Assembly (NCBI GenBank): GCA_037385645.1
Contig: JARRMU010000016.1
Span: forward strand, 1 to 62,421
Source: Gemmatimonadales bacterium
GTDB taxonomy: Bacteria; Gemmatimonadota; Gemmatimonadetes; Palauibacterales; Palauibacteraceae
DNA length: 62,421 nt
Direction of reading: 5' to 3'
Shown: positions 1 to 8,613 of the stretch, piece after piece
Numbering within the stretch: position 1 is the first letter of the stretch
How the letters are laid out: every line of letters starts with the position of its first letter
Notes under the pieces: model-generated
Told to the model about the DNA's origin: nothing
Database searches by the model: none
What the model saw: the letters and a program-made list of their open reading frames with translations, nothing else
Translations under genes and position numbers: made by a program

Positions 1-171
1 GATCGTCGCCGTGCTGGCCCTCTTGTTGACCACGACCAGAGTGCCCGTGACCTCGACGGCCTGACCGCGCGCCTCTCCGGCCGTGATGAGCCCCAGGGCG
101 ACGGTTGCGATCGCGATGCGCTGAACGGTGCGCCGAATGGCATCCCCAGCGATGGTGCGAGCCTCGATCAT
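1..171 (-). CDS. N-terminal fragment, cut by the window edge, of a secreted protein; the LVVVNK..ASTATI motif may indicate a YncE-like beta-propeller repeat
   Basis: ATG at 171-169 preceded by GGAGG. Translation is MIEARTIAGDAIRRTVQRIAIATVALGLITAGEARGQAVEVTGTLVVVNKRASTATI, with a hydrophobic signal-like segment. It is open to the window edge and absent from the ORF track because it has no stop. Confidence 0.35.
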   Translation of the reverse strand, partial: MIEARTIAGDAIRRTVQRIAIATVALGLITAGEARGQAVEVTGTLVVVNKRASTATI

Positions 172-265
172 CGATCCCGACCTCCGGCGTTCTACTGAGC
201 AATCATTCTCTGATCCCTTCAATCTGCGAACCGCGGGGCTGCCATGGGAAGGTCGAGCGTGCATC

Positions 266-1171
266 CTAGATTCTCCAGGCGGCGCCGGCGCCGATGAAGA
301 AGTTCGGCCGCGGACCGCCAAGACCGACCCCGACGCGGGCGTCGAGCTGAAAGCCGGGACTGAGCAGGTACGTGAAGCCGGCGTCGGCGTTGTTCGCGGC
401 CTCCCGGTCCGACGGGAGCGGATAGATGCCAAACCACTCGGCGAAGGCGCCGAGTCTTTTCGTCAGCCCAAAGCCGAGGGCAACGCTACCCGAGAGCTCG
501 TCGAAACGGCCGTTCTCGTCTTCAGGATACGCGTAGCCCACGTTCATGCCGGCCGAGAGCCAATCCGTGAGGTCCCAGCCTGCCGCCAGGATCGCACCCG
601 GCTGCAGGCCCGATGACCCGATCTCTGAGCGTCCGGTAGGGATGGTGGTGCCGACCAGAATCCCCAGCTGCGGCAGGCCGGGCTTCGACGGTGGGTGCCT
701 GAGTACCTCCACCTTGAGCCCGAGCGTGACGTCGTCCAGCCCGCGCAGGGAGCGATTCCGTTCGGACGGAAGGCTGTCGACCGCATCTGGCTCGCTGCGG
801 AAGACGAAGGAGTTGAGTCCGAGCCGGAACTCGAGGCGGTCCACGACGCCGATCCGTGCCAGCAGCTCGCCGACCGTATGGCTTCTCTCGCCCTCGAGTC
901 TCGAGAAGGTGTAACCGCCCTCCAGTTGAAAGCGGCCCGGCGCCACAGTGAGCGCGCTCTCCGTAAAGTCGGGCCTGTCCGTGACAAGGGCGTCGGCCCA
1001 TCGATCGACCTCATCCTCCCGCACCGGCTGAGCCTGCAGCGCCCCAACCGGGAGGACCAGCAGACTGACGAGGCAGGATGGAGACCACAGGGCGCGCGCC
1101 AGGCCCGCTAACCGATGGGTTGGGTTCCCGATTGGGACGGCCAGCCTGTCCCCGGCTCGTGCTTCGTTCAC
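266..1171 (-). CDS. Outer-membrane beta-barrel channel, MetA/phenol-degradation-like family (hydrophobic compound transport)
   Basis: Signal peptide, then DRPDFTESALTVAPGRFQLEGGYTF, typical of this family. Alternating beta-strand pattern and an aromatic-rich C-terminus. Confidence 0.65.
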   Translation of the reverse strand: MNEARAGDRLAVPIGNPTHRLAGLARALWSPSCLVSLLVLPVGALQAQPVREDEVDRWADALVTDRPDFTESALTVAPGRFQLEGGYTFSRLEGERSHTVGELLARIGVVDRLEFRLGLNSFVFRSEPDAVDSLPSERNRSLRGLDDVTLGLKVEVLRHPPSKPGLPQLGILVGTTIPTGRSEIGSSGLQPGAILAAGWDLTDWLSAGMNVGYAYPEDENGRFDELSGSVALGFGLTKRLGAFAEWFGIYPLPSDREAANNADAGFTYLLSPGFQLDARVGVGLGGPRPNFFIGAGAAWRI

Positions 1172-1292
1172 GTCATCTCGGTATAAGTAAGAGCTGCTCA
1201 GGGAGCCTCCCGACTGTGCACAACGGCCGCCAACGGGGTAGATTGGCGCCGCTTGTCGGATCCAGTTGCCGGATCCAATGTTTTAGGGGTCC

Positions 1293-1308
1293 CTAAATAT
1301 TTATTTAG
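1293..1308. promoter_or_regulatory. Perfect palindrome CTAAATA-TT-TATTTAG in the only AT-rich island upstream of shc; candidate operator or promoter element
   Basis: Read directly from the sequence. CCCTAAAT also occurs twice (1291-1298 and 1313-1320). Lies in the 276-bp divergent intergenic region between the OM channel gene and shc. Confidence 0.3.
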
Positions 1309-1447
1309 AATGCCCTAAATTCGCAACCGAGGGGGCTCGGAAGCTTCGCAGTGCGGGCCTCTCGATATGTGTCGTTGCGCACGGCCGGCTCGGATTCGGC
1401 GTCCGAAGTGGGGATAGGCAAGGGCTAGCCGCCGAACAGACTCTGAC

Positions 1448-1573
1448 ATGACTTCTGGGACGACCAATACGCCTATGCAGGTCGCGGAACAAGCATCTCG
1501 CGCCGTGGCCGAAGCCTCCGGCGCACCGATCTCAGCGGAGCAACTCGATCGCGCCATCCATCTCGCGGCTGCC
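1448..1573 (+). other. shc: Detached 5' fragment of squalene-hopene cyclase, in a different frame from the main shc ORF
   Basis: Encodes MTSGTTNTPMQVAEQASRAVAEASGAPISAEQLDRAIHLAAA. LDRAI..A is the usual SHC N-terminal helix. The frame then runs into nonsense and a stop at 1663. Confidence 0.6.
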
Positions 1574-1613
1574 CGAGGGAGGTTGGGCCATCTACCACGG
1601 CGGCCCGCCGGAG

Positions 1614-3269
1614 GTGAGCGCGTCCGTCAAGGCGTACTTTGTCCTGAAGCTTCTTGGAGATGATCCGGATGCCCCGCACATGGCAAAGGCACGCCGGGTC
1701 ATCCTCGACCTCGGCGGCGTCGAGGCCACCAACACCTACACCCAGATCTACCTGTCCATCTTCGGACAGTACGGTTGGGAGAAGTGCCCGGCCGTCCCGC
1801 CCGAAATGCTGCTCCTGCCGGGGTGGTTCTACTTCAACCTCAACGAGATGTCATCCTGGTCACGCGGCATCTTCGTCCCCCTCTCGATCATCTGGGCCTA
1901 CAAGCCGCGCTGTCCGGTGCCGGAGCATGCGCACATCCGCGAGCTTTTCCTGCCAGCGAGCGAGTCCCGGACGACGACGAACGGGGAAGGCCGCTGGACC
2001 AGAGGGTGGCACTACCTGTTCCACCGGGCCGATCAGGGAATCAAGCTGCTGGAGCGGGGCCGCTTCAAGGTTCTGCGCCGCAAGGCGCTACGCGTTGCCG
2101 AGGAGTGGACCCGAAGACGACTCGCCATGAGCGACGGTCTGGGAGCGATCTTCCCCGCGATCGTCAACACGGTGTTTGCGTTTCGATGTCTCGGCTACTC
2201 GCCGGACGATCCGGCCATCGAGAGTCAGCTCCGTGCGCTCGAGAAACTGGAGGTCGACCTCGGGGACGCGCTGAAGATCCAGCCCGCGCTCTCGCCGGTA
2301 TGGGATACGGCCCAGGCAGCTCGGATCCTCGCGGCGACCGGTCTCGATCCGGACCACGAGGCGCTCCGGCGAGCGGCCGAATGGTTGCTCACCAAGGAGG
2401 TGAGACATCCCGGGGACTGGCAGCGGAAGAACGGCCACCGCGAGGTCAGCGGCTGGTACTTCGAGTACGCGAACGAGTTCTATCCCGACTGTGACGATAC
2501 CGCGATGGTCCTCACCGCCCTCGGGCGGATGCGGATCACCGACCCCGAGCTCGGCGAGCGGGTCGACGCGGCCCGGCGTCGCGCGTTCCGGTGGCTGCTC
2601 TCGATGCAGAACCCGGACGGCGGCTGGGCGGCCTTCGACCGGGGCTGCGACAAAGAGTTGTTGAAGCTCATCCCGTTCGCCGATCACAACGCGATGATCG
2701 ATCCCAGCTGGGAGGACATCACGGGTCGTGTGCTCGAGACCCTCTCGCTCGAGGGCTTCGATCCGAACGACCCTGCGGTGCAACGGGCCATCGCGTTTCT
2801 CGAATCGCGCCAATGCGAGGACGGCACGTGGTATGGCCGTTGGGGCTGCAACTACATCTACGGTACCTGGCTGGCCCTGGACGGTCTCAGCCGGTTCGGC
2901 GTGGATATGCAGCAGGAGCGCTACCAGCGCGCCGTTCGTTGGCTGCGCTCCCGTCAGAACGAGGATGGTGGGTGGGGCGAGACGCTACGCTCGTACGAGG
3001 AGCCGGACCTGAAGGGCATCGGCGACAGCACGGCCGCTCAGACTTCCTGGGCGCTGCTGGGACTGTTCGCGACCGGCGACTACACGTCCGACGCGGTCCG
3101 CCGGGGCGTGGATTTCCTCAGGCGCATGCAGCTCAAGGACGGGTCCTGGGACGATGAGCATTGGACGGGCACCGGCTTCCCCAAGGTGTTCTATCTGAAG
3201 TACCACCTGTATGATGACTACTTTCCGCTGCTTGCCCTCGCCACATACCGCCAGGCGATCGATCTCTGA
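1614..3269 (+). CDS. shc: Squalene-hopene cyclase (HpnF), main body; the N-terminus is disrupted (see findings)
   Basis: DCDDTAM (DxDD) catalytic motif, repeated QW-type motifs (RQNEDGGWGE, MQNPDGGWAAF, RQCEDGTWYGRWG) and GTGFPKVFYLKYH near the C-terminus. SHC-like sequence (EGGWAIYHGGPPEV) continues in frame upstream of the GTG to about 1575. Confidence 0.88.
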   Translation: MSASVKAYFVLKLLGDDPDAPHMAKARRVILDLGGVEATNTYTQIYLSIFGQYGWEKCPAVPPEMLLLPGWFYFNLNEMSSWSRGIFVPLSIIWAYKPRCPVPEHAHIRELFLPASESRTTTNGEGRWTRGWHYLFHRADQGIKLLERGRFKVLRRKALRVAEEWTRRRLAMSDGLGAIFPAIVNTVFAFRCLGYSPDDPAIESQLRALEKLEVDLGDALKIQPALSPVWDTAQAARILAATGLDPDHEALRRAAEWLLTKEVRHPGDWQRKNGHREVSGWYFEYANEFYPDCDDTAMVLTALGRMRITDPELGERVDAARRRAFRWLLSMQNPDGGWAAFDRGCDKELLKLIPFADHNAMIDPSWEDITGRVLETLSLEGFDPNDPAVQRAIAFLESRQCEDGTWYGRWGCNYIYGTWLALDGLSRFGVDMQQERYQRAVRWLRSRQNEDGGWGETLRSYEEPDLKGIGDSTAAQTSWALLGLFATGDYTSDAVRRGVDFLRRMQLKDGSWDDEHWTGTGFPKVFYLKYHLYDDYFPLLALATYRQAIDL

Positions 3270-3270
3270 G

Positions 3271-4275
3271 ATGCGTTTTCCCCTTCATATCACCACCGAC
3301 ATGATCAGGCTGCAGGTGAGGAACGCCCTGCGAGGCAACAAGCGTTTCCCGTTCGTGATGATGCTCGAGCCTCTTTGGACCTGCAATCTAGCCTGCCTCG
3401 GCTGCTCGGTGGAGCGGCACACCGGCGAGCTCAAGGACCGTCTTCCGGTGGATGTCTGCCTCAAGGCGCTGGACGATTGCGGGGCGGCGGCGGTCTCGCT
3501 GTGCGGTGGAGAGCCGACGGTCTACCCGGAGCTCAAGGAGCTCATCCACGGGATCATCGCCCGCAAGAAGCACATCTATCTCTGCACCAACGCCTTGCTG
3601 CTCGACAAGCGCGTCTTCGGCAAGATCGAGCCCCACAAGCGACTCACGATCAACGTTCACCTCGACGGGATGCAGGCGACGCACGACTACGTGGTCGACC
3701 GGGAAGGCGTGTTCGACAAGGCGATCGCGATGATGAGAGAGGCCAAGCGCCTCGGGTATCACGTGATCACCAACACGACGGTCTACAAGGAGACCGATAT
3801 CGCGGAGGTGGAGGAGCTGTGCGAGTTCCTGACGCGTGACGTGGACGTCGACGGGATGCTCATCTCGCCCGGCTATCAGTACGAGTCCGTCGAGGAGAGC
3901 ATCTTCCTGACCGGTCAGGACATCGAGCGTAAGTTCAAGCGTGTGCTCGAGCTCTCGGATCGCTACAAGTTCACGTCCACGCCGATGTTCCTCGAGTTCG
4001 CGGCTGGCTATAGAGACTACGGCTGCTCCCCATGGAGCACCGTGACCTTTACGCCCATGGGGTGGAAGGGTCCTTGCTACCTCATCCAGAAGACGAACAC
4101 GTTCGACTGGGATGAGTTCTGGAACGGTACGGATTGGAGCTACTGGGAGTCCCGATCCGATCCGCTGTGCACCAACTGCAAGATGCACTCGGGCTTCGAG
4201 GCGTCCGCGGTCATCGAGCTACGGAGGAATCCGCGTGATATGGCGCGGATGGTGAAATGGAATCTCGCCGGATAG
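3271..4275 (+). CDS. hpnH: Adenosylhopane synthase, hopanoid-associated radical SAM protein HpnH
   Basis: CNLACLGC radical-SAM cluster motif in the context MLEPLWTCNLACLGCS, plus a C-terminal Cys-rich region, directly downstream of shc. ATG 3271 is preferred over track start 3211, which would overlap shc by 59 nt. Confidence 0.85.
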   Translation: MRFPLHITTDMIRLQVRNALRGNKRFPFVMMLEPLWTCNLACLGCSVERHTGELKDRLPVDVCLKALDDCGAAAVSLCGGEPTVYPELKELIHGIIARKKHIYLCTNALLLDKRVFGKIEPHKRLTINVHLDGMQATHDYVVDREGVFDKAIAMMREAKRLGYHVITNTTVYKETDIAEVEELCEFLTRDVDVDGMLISPGYQYESVEESIFLTGQDIERKFKRVLELSDRYKFTSTPMFLEFAAGYRDYGCSPWSTVTFTPMGWKGPCYLIQKTNTFDWDEFWNGTDWSYWESRSDPLCTNCKMHSGFEASAVIELRRNPRDMARMVKWNLAG

Positions 4276-5072
4276 CGACGGTCTCGACCAGCCCGCGAAC
4301 GGCGGTGGTGGGCGCGATACCGGAGGAGCTTGCTCCTCTGGTAGGACGGTTGACGAACCGGACCGAGGCGCCACTGACGCTGGCGGAGGCGTCGGGGGGC
4401 TGGCTCGGCCTGACGTTGGGCCTCCTCGGCCACGAGCCGCTGGCGGTTCTCGTCACGGGAGATGGGGCGGAACGCGCTCTCAACGGCGTGCGGGCCCTGC
4501 TGGGGGCCGTGCCTGTGAATCGTGTGCTGGCGGTCGGCTCGGCCGGCGGTCTCAGTCCCGACCTCAGGCCTGCGGATCTCATCATGGCGCGTCGGGTCAT
4601 CTCGACCGACGGGTCGGGCCGAGAGGCGCCGGTGGTATCGGTCTCGGCAGCTCGGGCCGCCGGGGCAAGGCTCGGCACCGTCGTCACGGTCGATGACCTG
4701 GTTCTGACGGCGGACGAGAAGCACCGCGTGAGGCGGGACCTCGTGCCGGGAGGGGAAGCCGCCGTTCTGGATCTCGAGTCGGCCCACTTCGTGGCGGCGG
4801 CGGAGGAGGCTGGAGTGTCGTGGATCGTCATTCGGGCGGTCCTGGACACGGTTTCCGAGAGCCTTCCGGACTTCCTTCATGACTGTTCCGGACCAGGCGG
4901 GGAAATCCAGCGGCCGGCCGTCCTGCGTCACGCCGCACGTCACCCGCGCGTCATACCCGACCTTTTAAGGATGAGGAGCCGGATCGACGCTTGCGGTCGG
5001 GCTCTGGCGGAAGCCGTAGCCTGCTATCTTGCCGTTTCGGGTGGCGTTACGAGGACGAAGGTGGCGAGCTGA
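4257..5072 (+). CDS. hpnG: Hopanoid-associated nucleosidase/phosphorylase HpnG (PNP/UDP-1 fold)
   Basis: VVGAIPEELAPLV and VGSAGGL motifs of the nucleoside phosphorylase fold, positioned after hpnH. Confidence 0.7.
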   Translation: MESRRIATVSTSPRTAVVGAIPEELAPLVGRLTNRTEAPLTLAEASGGWLGLTLGLLGHEPLAVLVTGDGAERALNGVRALLGAVPVNRVLAVGSAGGLSPDLRPADLIMARRVISTDGSGREAPVVSVSAARAAGARLGTVVTVDDLVLTADEKHRVRRDLVPGGEAAVLDLESAHFVAAAEEAGVSWIVIRAVLDTVSESLPDFLHDCSGPGGEIQRPAVLRHAARHPRVIPDLLRMRSRIDACGRALAEAVACYLAVSGGVTRTKVAS

Positions 5073-6193
5073 TGGCCCCCACAGGGACGATCGAGGCCGA
5101 ACGGGGCTCCGCGATGTCCGGCTTTCTGCTCCGGCTCGAAGAGTTCCGCGAGCGTTTGGAGAGAGAGCTGGCCGACTTCTTCGATCGGAAGCTCCACGAA
5201 GTGGCGGAGGAGCCGGAGAGCCGCGAGCTGGTCGAGGAGGTGCGTCGTCTCGTCACCAGCGGCGGTAAGCGCCTTCGGCCGGCTCTGGTCTACCACACAT
5301 ACCGTGCGTGTGGCGGAGCTTCCGATCAGGCTGTGCTGCCGCTCGCCATGAGCACCGAGCTGCTGCACACCTATCTGCTCATTCACGACGACATCATGGA
5401 CCACAGCGAGACGCGCAGAGGGCAGCCTTCCGCGCACGCTCGCTATAGGGAGATCCATCAGGCTCGAGGCCGAGCCGGCGACGCCGCCGACTTCGGGCGT
5501 TCGGTGGCCATCCTGCTCGGCGATCTCGCGCACACATGGGCCGTGGAGCTGTATGCTTCGGCCCGTTGCTCGCTGAGCGACGGATCGGAGAACGGGCGTG
5601 CTCTCGACGCGGCGTTCTCGGGGATGTGCGAGGAGGTGATCCGCGGCCAGTACCTGGAAATGCTGCTTCCCTACGAGCCCGATCCGACCGAGGGTCAACT
5701 GCTTCGAGCGCTCCGCCTCAAGTCGGGCCGGTACTCGGTCGAGCGCCCGATAGAGCTCGGGGCGTTGCTGGCCGGAGCTCCGCCCGCCGCGCGGGCGGCG
5801 CTGGCTCGGTATGGCCGGGCCGTGGGAGAGGTCTTCCAGTTGCGGGATGATGTGCTCGGCACCTTCGGCGACGCCGAGGCGGTCGGTAAGCCGGTGGCGT
5901 CCGACCTGACCGAGGGCAAGTACACCTTCCTCATCCACCGGACGCTGGGGCTCGCCGAGGCAGGCGCGGCGAAGGAGCTTCGCGCGATGCTCGGACGACC
6001 GGATCTGGGAGAAGAGGAAGCTAGCCGCGCGAGACGGATCATCCTCGAGTCCGGCGGGCTCGACGCCGTTTCCCGGATGATCGAGGAGCGTCTCGAGGAT
6101 GCCCGGGCGGCGCTGGAAGAAGCGCCGCTGAGATCGGCAGATCACGGCTTTCTGGACGGTTTGATCGTGTATTCGGGACACCGGGACCGATGA
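5072..6193 (+). CDS. Polyprenyl (probably farnesyl) diphosphate synthase
   Basis: First and second Asp-rich motifs LLIHDDIMDH and FQLRDDVLG. Tyr at -5 from the first DDxxD suggests a short-chain product. ATG 5072 overlaps the hpnG stop (TGATG). The track start 4991 is an upstream extension. Confidence 0.85.
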   Translation: MAPTGTIEAERGSAMSGFLLRLEEFRERLERELADFFDRKLHEVAEEPESRELVEEVRRLVTSGGKRLRPALVYHTYRACGGASDQAVLPLAMSTELLHTYLLIHDDIMDHSETRRGQPSAHARYREIHQARGRAGDAADFGRSVAILLGDLAHTWAVELYASARCSLSDGSENGRALDAAFSGMCEEVIRGQYLEMLLPYEPDPTEGQLLRALRLKSGRYSVERPIELGALLAGAPPAARAALARYGRAVGEVFQLRDDVLGTFGDAEAVGKPVASDLTEGKYTFLIHRTLGLAEAGAAKELRAMLGRPDLGEEEASRARRIILESGGLDAVSRMIEERLEDARAALEEAPLRSADHGFLDGLIVYSGHRDR

Positions 6194-7224
6194 GCGACCG
6201 AGACACCGTCACGGCGATCGAGCGTGACCGGAAGGCCGAGCACATCCGCCTGGCACTCGACGCCGGCAACCAGGCGGGAGGCAGCTTCTTCGACGAGTAC
6301 GCCTTCGAGCACCATGCGCTGCCCGAGATTGCCCTGGATGAAATCGACCTTTCGGTCGAGTTTCTCGGAAAGCGCATCGAGGCGCCTCTGTTGGTCTCAT
6401 GCATGACCGGCGGCACGGAGGCGGCCGGCGAGATCAACCGCAACCTGGCACGGGCTGCGGAGGATCTCCGCATAGCGCTCGGCGTCGGCTCGCAGCGCAA
6501 GGCGCTCGAGGATCCGCTCCAGGCAGCCAGCTTCCAGGTGAGGGACCTCGCGCCAACGATCCCCCTACTGGCGAACCTCGGGGCCGTTCAACTCAATTAC
6601 GGGTACGGAATCGCGGAATGTAGGGCCGCCGTCGAGATGATTGACGCGGACGCGCTGGCATTCCATTTGAATGTGCTCCAGGAGGCGATTCAGCCCGAAG
6701 GCGACACGGATTTCAGTAGCCTGTTGCCGAAACTGGGAGGAATTGCCCGGGAGCTCGAAGTTCCAGTGATCGCCAAGGAGATCGGCTGCGGGATCTCTGG
6801 TGACACGGCGCGGGCGCTGGCGGAGCAGGGGATCAGGATCATCGACACGGCAGGGCTAGGTGGGACGAGCTGGGCTCGCATCGAGGCTCGTCGCGCCGAC
6901 GACGTGGAGATCGGGGAGCTTTTCGCCGATTGGGGTATTCCGACGCCTGTCTCGATCCAGGAAGTGGCGGCTGTCCCTGGCGTTACCGTGATCGGGAGCG
7001 GCGGGATCAGAAACGGGCTGGACGCGGCAAAAGCGATCGCCCTCGGTGCTCATCTGGTAGGTGCGGCATACCCGCTGTTGAAGCCCGCCACGGTGTCGAC
7101 CGAGGCGGTGATCGAAAGGGTGGGGCGGATCGTGGACGAACTCAGGATCGCGATGTTATGTGTGGGGACACGTACGATCGACGAGCTTCGGCACGTCGAC
7201 CTACTTAAAAGGTCCGGAACATGA
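6190..7224 (+). CDS. fni: Isopentenyl-diphosphate delta-isomerase, type 2 (FMN-dependent)
   Basis: ERDRKAEHIRLAL N-terminus, SCMTGG and GSGGIRNGLD motifs, TIM-barrel size. ATGA overlap with the upstream gene. Confidence 0.88.
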   Translation: MSDRDTVTAIERDRKAEHIRLALDAGNQAGGSFFDEYAFEHHALPEIALDEIDLSVEFLGKRIEAPLLVSCMTGGTEAAGEINRNLARAAEDLRIALGVGSQRKALEDPLQAASFQVRDLAPTIPLLANLGAVQLNYGYGIAECRAAVEMIDADALAFHLNVLQEAIQPEGDTDFSSLLPKLGGIARELEVPVIAKEIGCGISGDTARALAEQGIRIIDTAGLGGTSWARIEARRADDVEIGELFADWGIPTPVSIQEVAAVPGVTVIGSGGIRNGLDAAKAIALGAHLVGAAYPLLKPATVSTEAVIERVGRIVDELRIAMLCVGTRTIDELRHVDLLKRSGT

Positions 7225-8525
7225 GCAAAGCATCCACCTTAGCCTCCAAGGCGTCCAAGGCCTCTGTGGCCCGGACGCGGGACCAGCTCGTCCAGGCGCT
7301 CGTCGCGGGGGAGATCGGCTTTCACGAGCTTCCACGCGATCTTCCTCCGGATGTCCAGGCGGAGATCAGACGGCAGGCCCTCGAGCAGCTGACCGGTACC
7401 GGTCTGGAGGACATCGGGCATTTCTCGCTCGACTCTAGCCGGGCCGCACTCCGAAACTGCGAGAATTTCATCGGTGTGGCGCAGGTCCCGATGGGTGTCG
7501 TGGGGCCGTTGCACGTGCGGAGCGAGCACATGGACGAGGAAGTGTATGTACCTCTCGCCACCACGGAGGCGGCGCTCGTGGCCAGCACGAACCGGGGCTG
7601 CTCGGCGATCCGCGCCGCCGGTGGAGCCCGCGTGCACGTGGAGGACGTCGGGATGACGCGCGCGCCCGTCTTCCGGACGTCCGGGCTGGATGCCACTCGG
7701 AAGTTCATAGAGTGGGTCGAGGAGCGCATCGACGAGATCCGCCATATCGCCGAGAGGACGAGCCGTCACCTGAAGCTGCTCGACATTCGACCCAAGAGCT
7801 TCGGCACGACGGTGCTGCTGCGCTTCCGGTTCGCCTCCGGCGATGCCATGGGGATGAACATGGCGACGATCGCCTGCGACCGGATCGTCCGGGAGCTCAT
7901 CGAGCCCGAGACGGGTGTCGATTGTGTCGCCCTGTCAGGCAACTACTGCGTCGACAAGAAGCCGGCGGCGATCAACTTCCACGAAGGAAGGGGCAAGCGG
8001 ATCTTCGCGGAGGTCATCCTCGAGGCCGCCGTTCTTCGCAGAATCCTCAAGACGACGTCACGCGCGCTGGTCGAGGTCCAGTACCGGAAGAACCTGCTCG
8101 GCTCCATCGCCGCCGGCGCGGTGGGCTTCAACGCGCACTACGCCAACCTACTGGCCGCGCTCTTCATCGCGACGGGACAGGACCCGGCGCACGTCGTGGA
8201 AGGCTCTATGGGCATCACCTGCATAGAGGCGTTCGGTCCCGAAGCGGTTTACGCCTCGGTCTACATGCCGGCCGTGCCGATCGGCTGCGTCGGCGGCGGA
8301 ACGGAGCTGGACACGCAGAGGGAGGCGCTGGAGATGCTGGGCATCAAGGCGGATCCGTCACAGCCCGGACGAGCCGCGTTGCGTCTGGCGGAGATCTTCG
8401 GGGCCACGGTACTGGCGGGGGAGATGTCCTTGATGGCGGCGTTCACCTCTCAGGATCTGGCCAGCGCGCACGAGAAGCTGGGCCGTGGAAATGCACCCCC
8501 GGATGATCGGCCCGGCAGCGGCTGA
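7221..8525 (+). CDS. mvaA: Hydroxymethylglutaryl-CoA reductase (class I-like catalytic domain)
   Basis: ENFIGVAQVPMG, EAALVAS, GDAMGMNM and DKK motifs. ATGA overlap with fni. Confidence 0.9.
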   Translation: MSKASTLASKASKASVARTRDQLVQALVAGEIGFHELPRDLPPDVQAEIRRQALEQLTGTGLEDIGHFSLDSSRAALRNCENFIGVAQVPMGVVGPLHVRSEHMDEEVYVPLATTEAALVASTNRGCSAIRAAGGARVHVEDVGMTRAPVFRTSGLDATRKFIEWVEERIDEIRHIAERTSRHLKLLDIRPKSFGTTVLLRFRFASGDAMGMNMATIACDRIVRELIEPETGVDCVALSGNYCVDKKPAAINFHEGRGKRIFAEVILEAAVLRRILKTTSRALVEVQYRKNLLGSIAAGAVGFNAHYANLLAALFIATGQDPAHVVEGSMGITCIEAFGPEAVYASVYMPAVPIGCVGGGTELDTQREALEMLGIKADPSQPGRAALRLAEIFGATVLAGEMSLMAAFTSQDLASAHEKLGRGNAPPDDRPGSG

Positions 8526-8564
8526 TCTCGCCCCCGTACCTTCCAGGGCTCTTGGGTGGTCAGG

Positions 8565-8590
8565 GAGCGGGCGGCGGCGGTCGCCCGCTC
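8565..8590 (+). terminator. Strong GC hairpin (9-bp perfect stem GAGCGGGCG / CGCCCGCTC, 8-nt loop) between the HMG-CoA reductase gene and mvk
   Basis: Read directly from the sequence. No clear U-tract follows, so it may be an internal attenuator or an mRNA-processing or stability element rather than a full terminator. Confidence 0.3.
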
Positions 8591-8613
8591 CGTGCTTGTA
8601 GAGACTTGCAACG

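Noticed and set aside
128-1111. Plus-strand ORFs 128..616, 546..914 and 695..1111, and the alternative minus-strand frames overlapping 266..1171.
   Set aside because: They overlap the well-supported outer-membrane channel gene and have low-complexity Arg/Pro-rich sequences.
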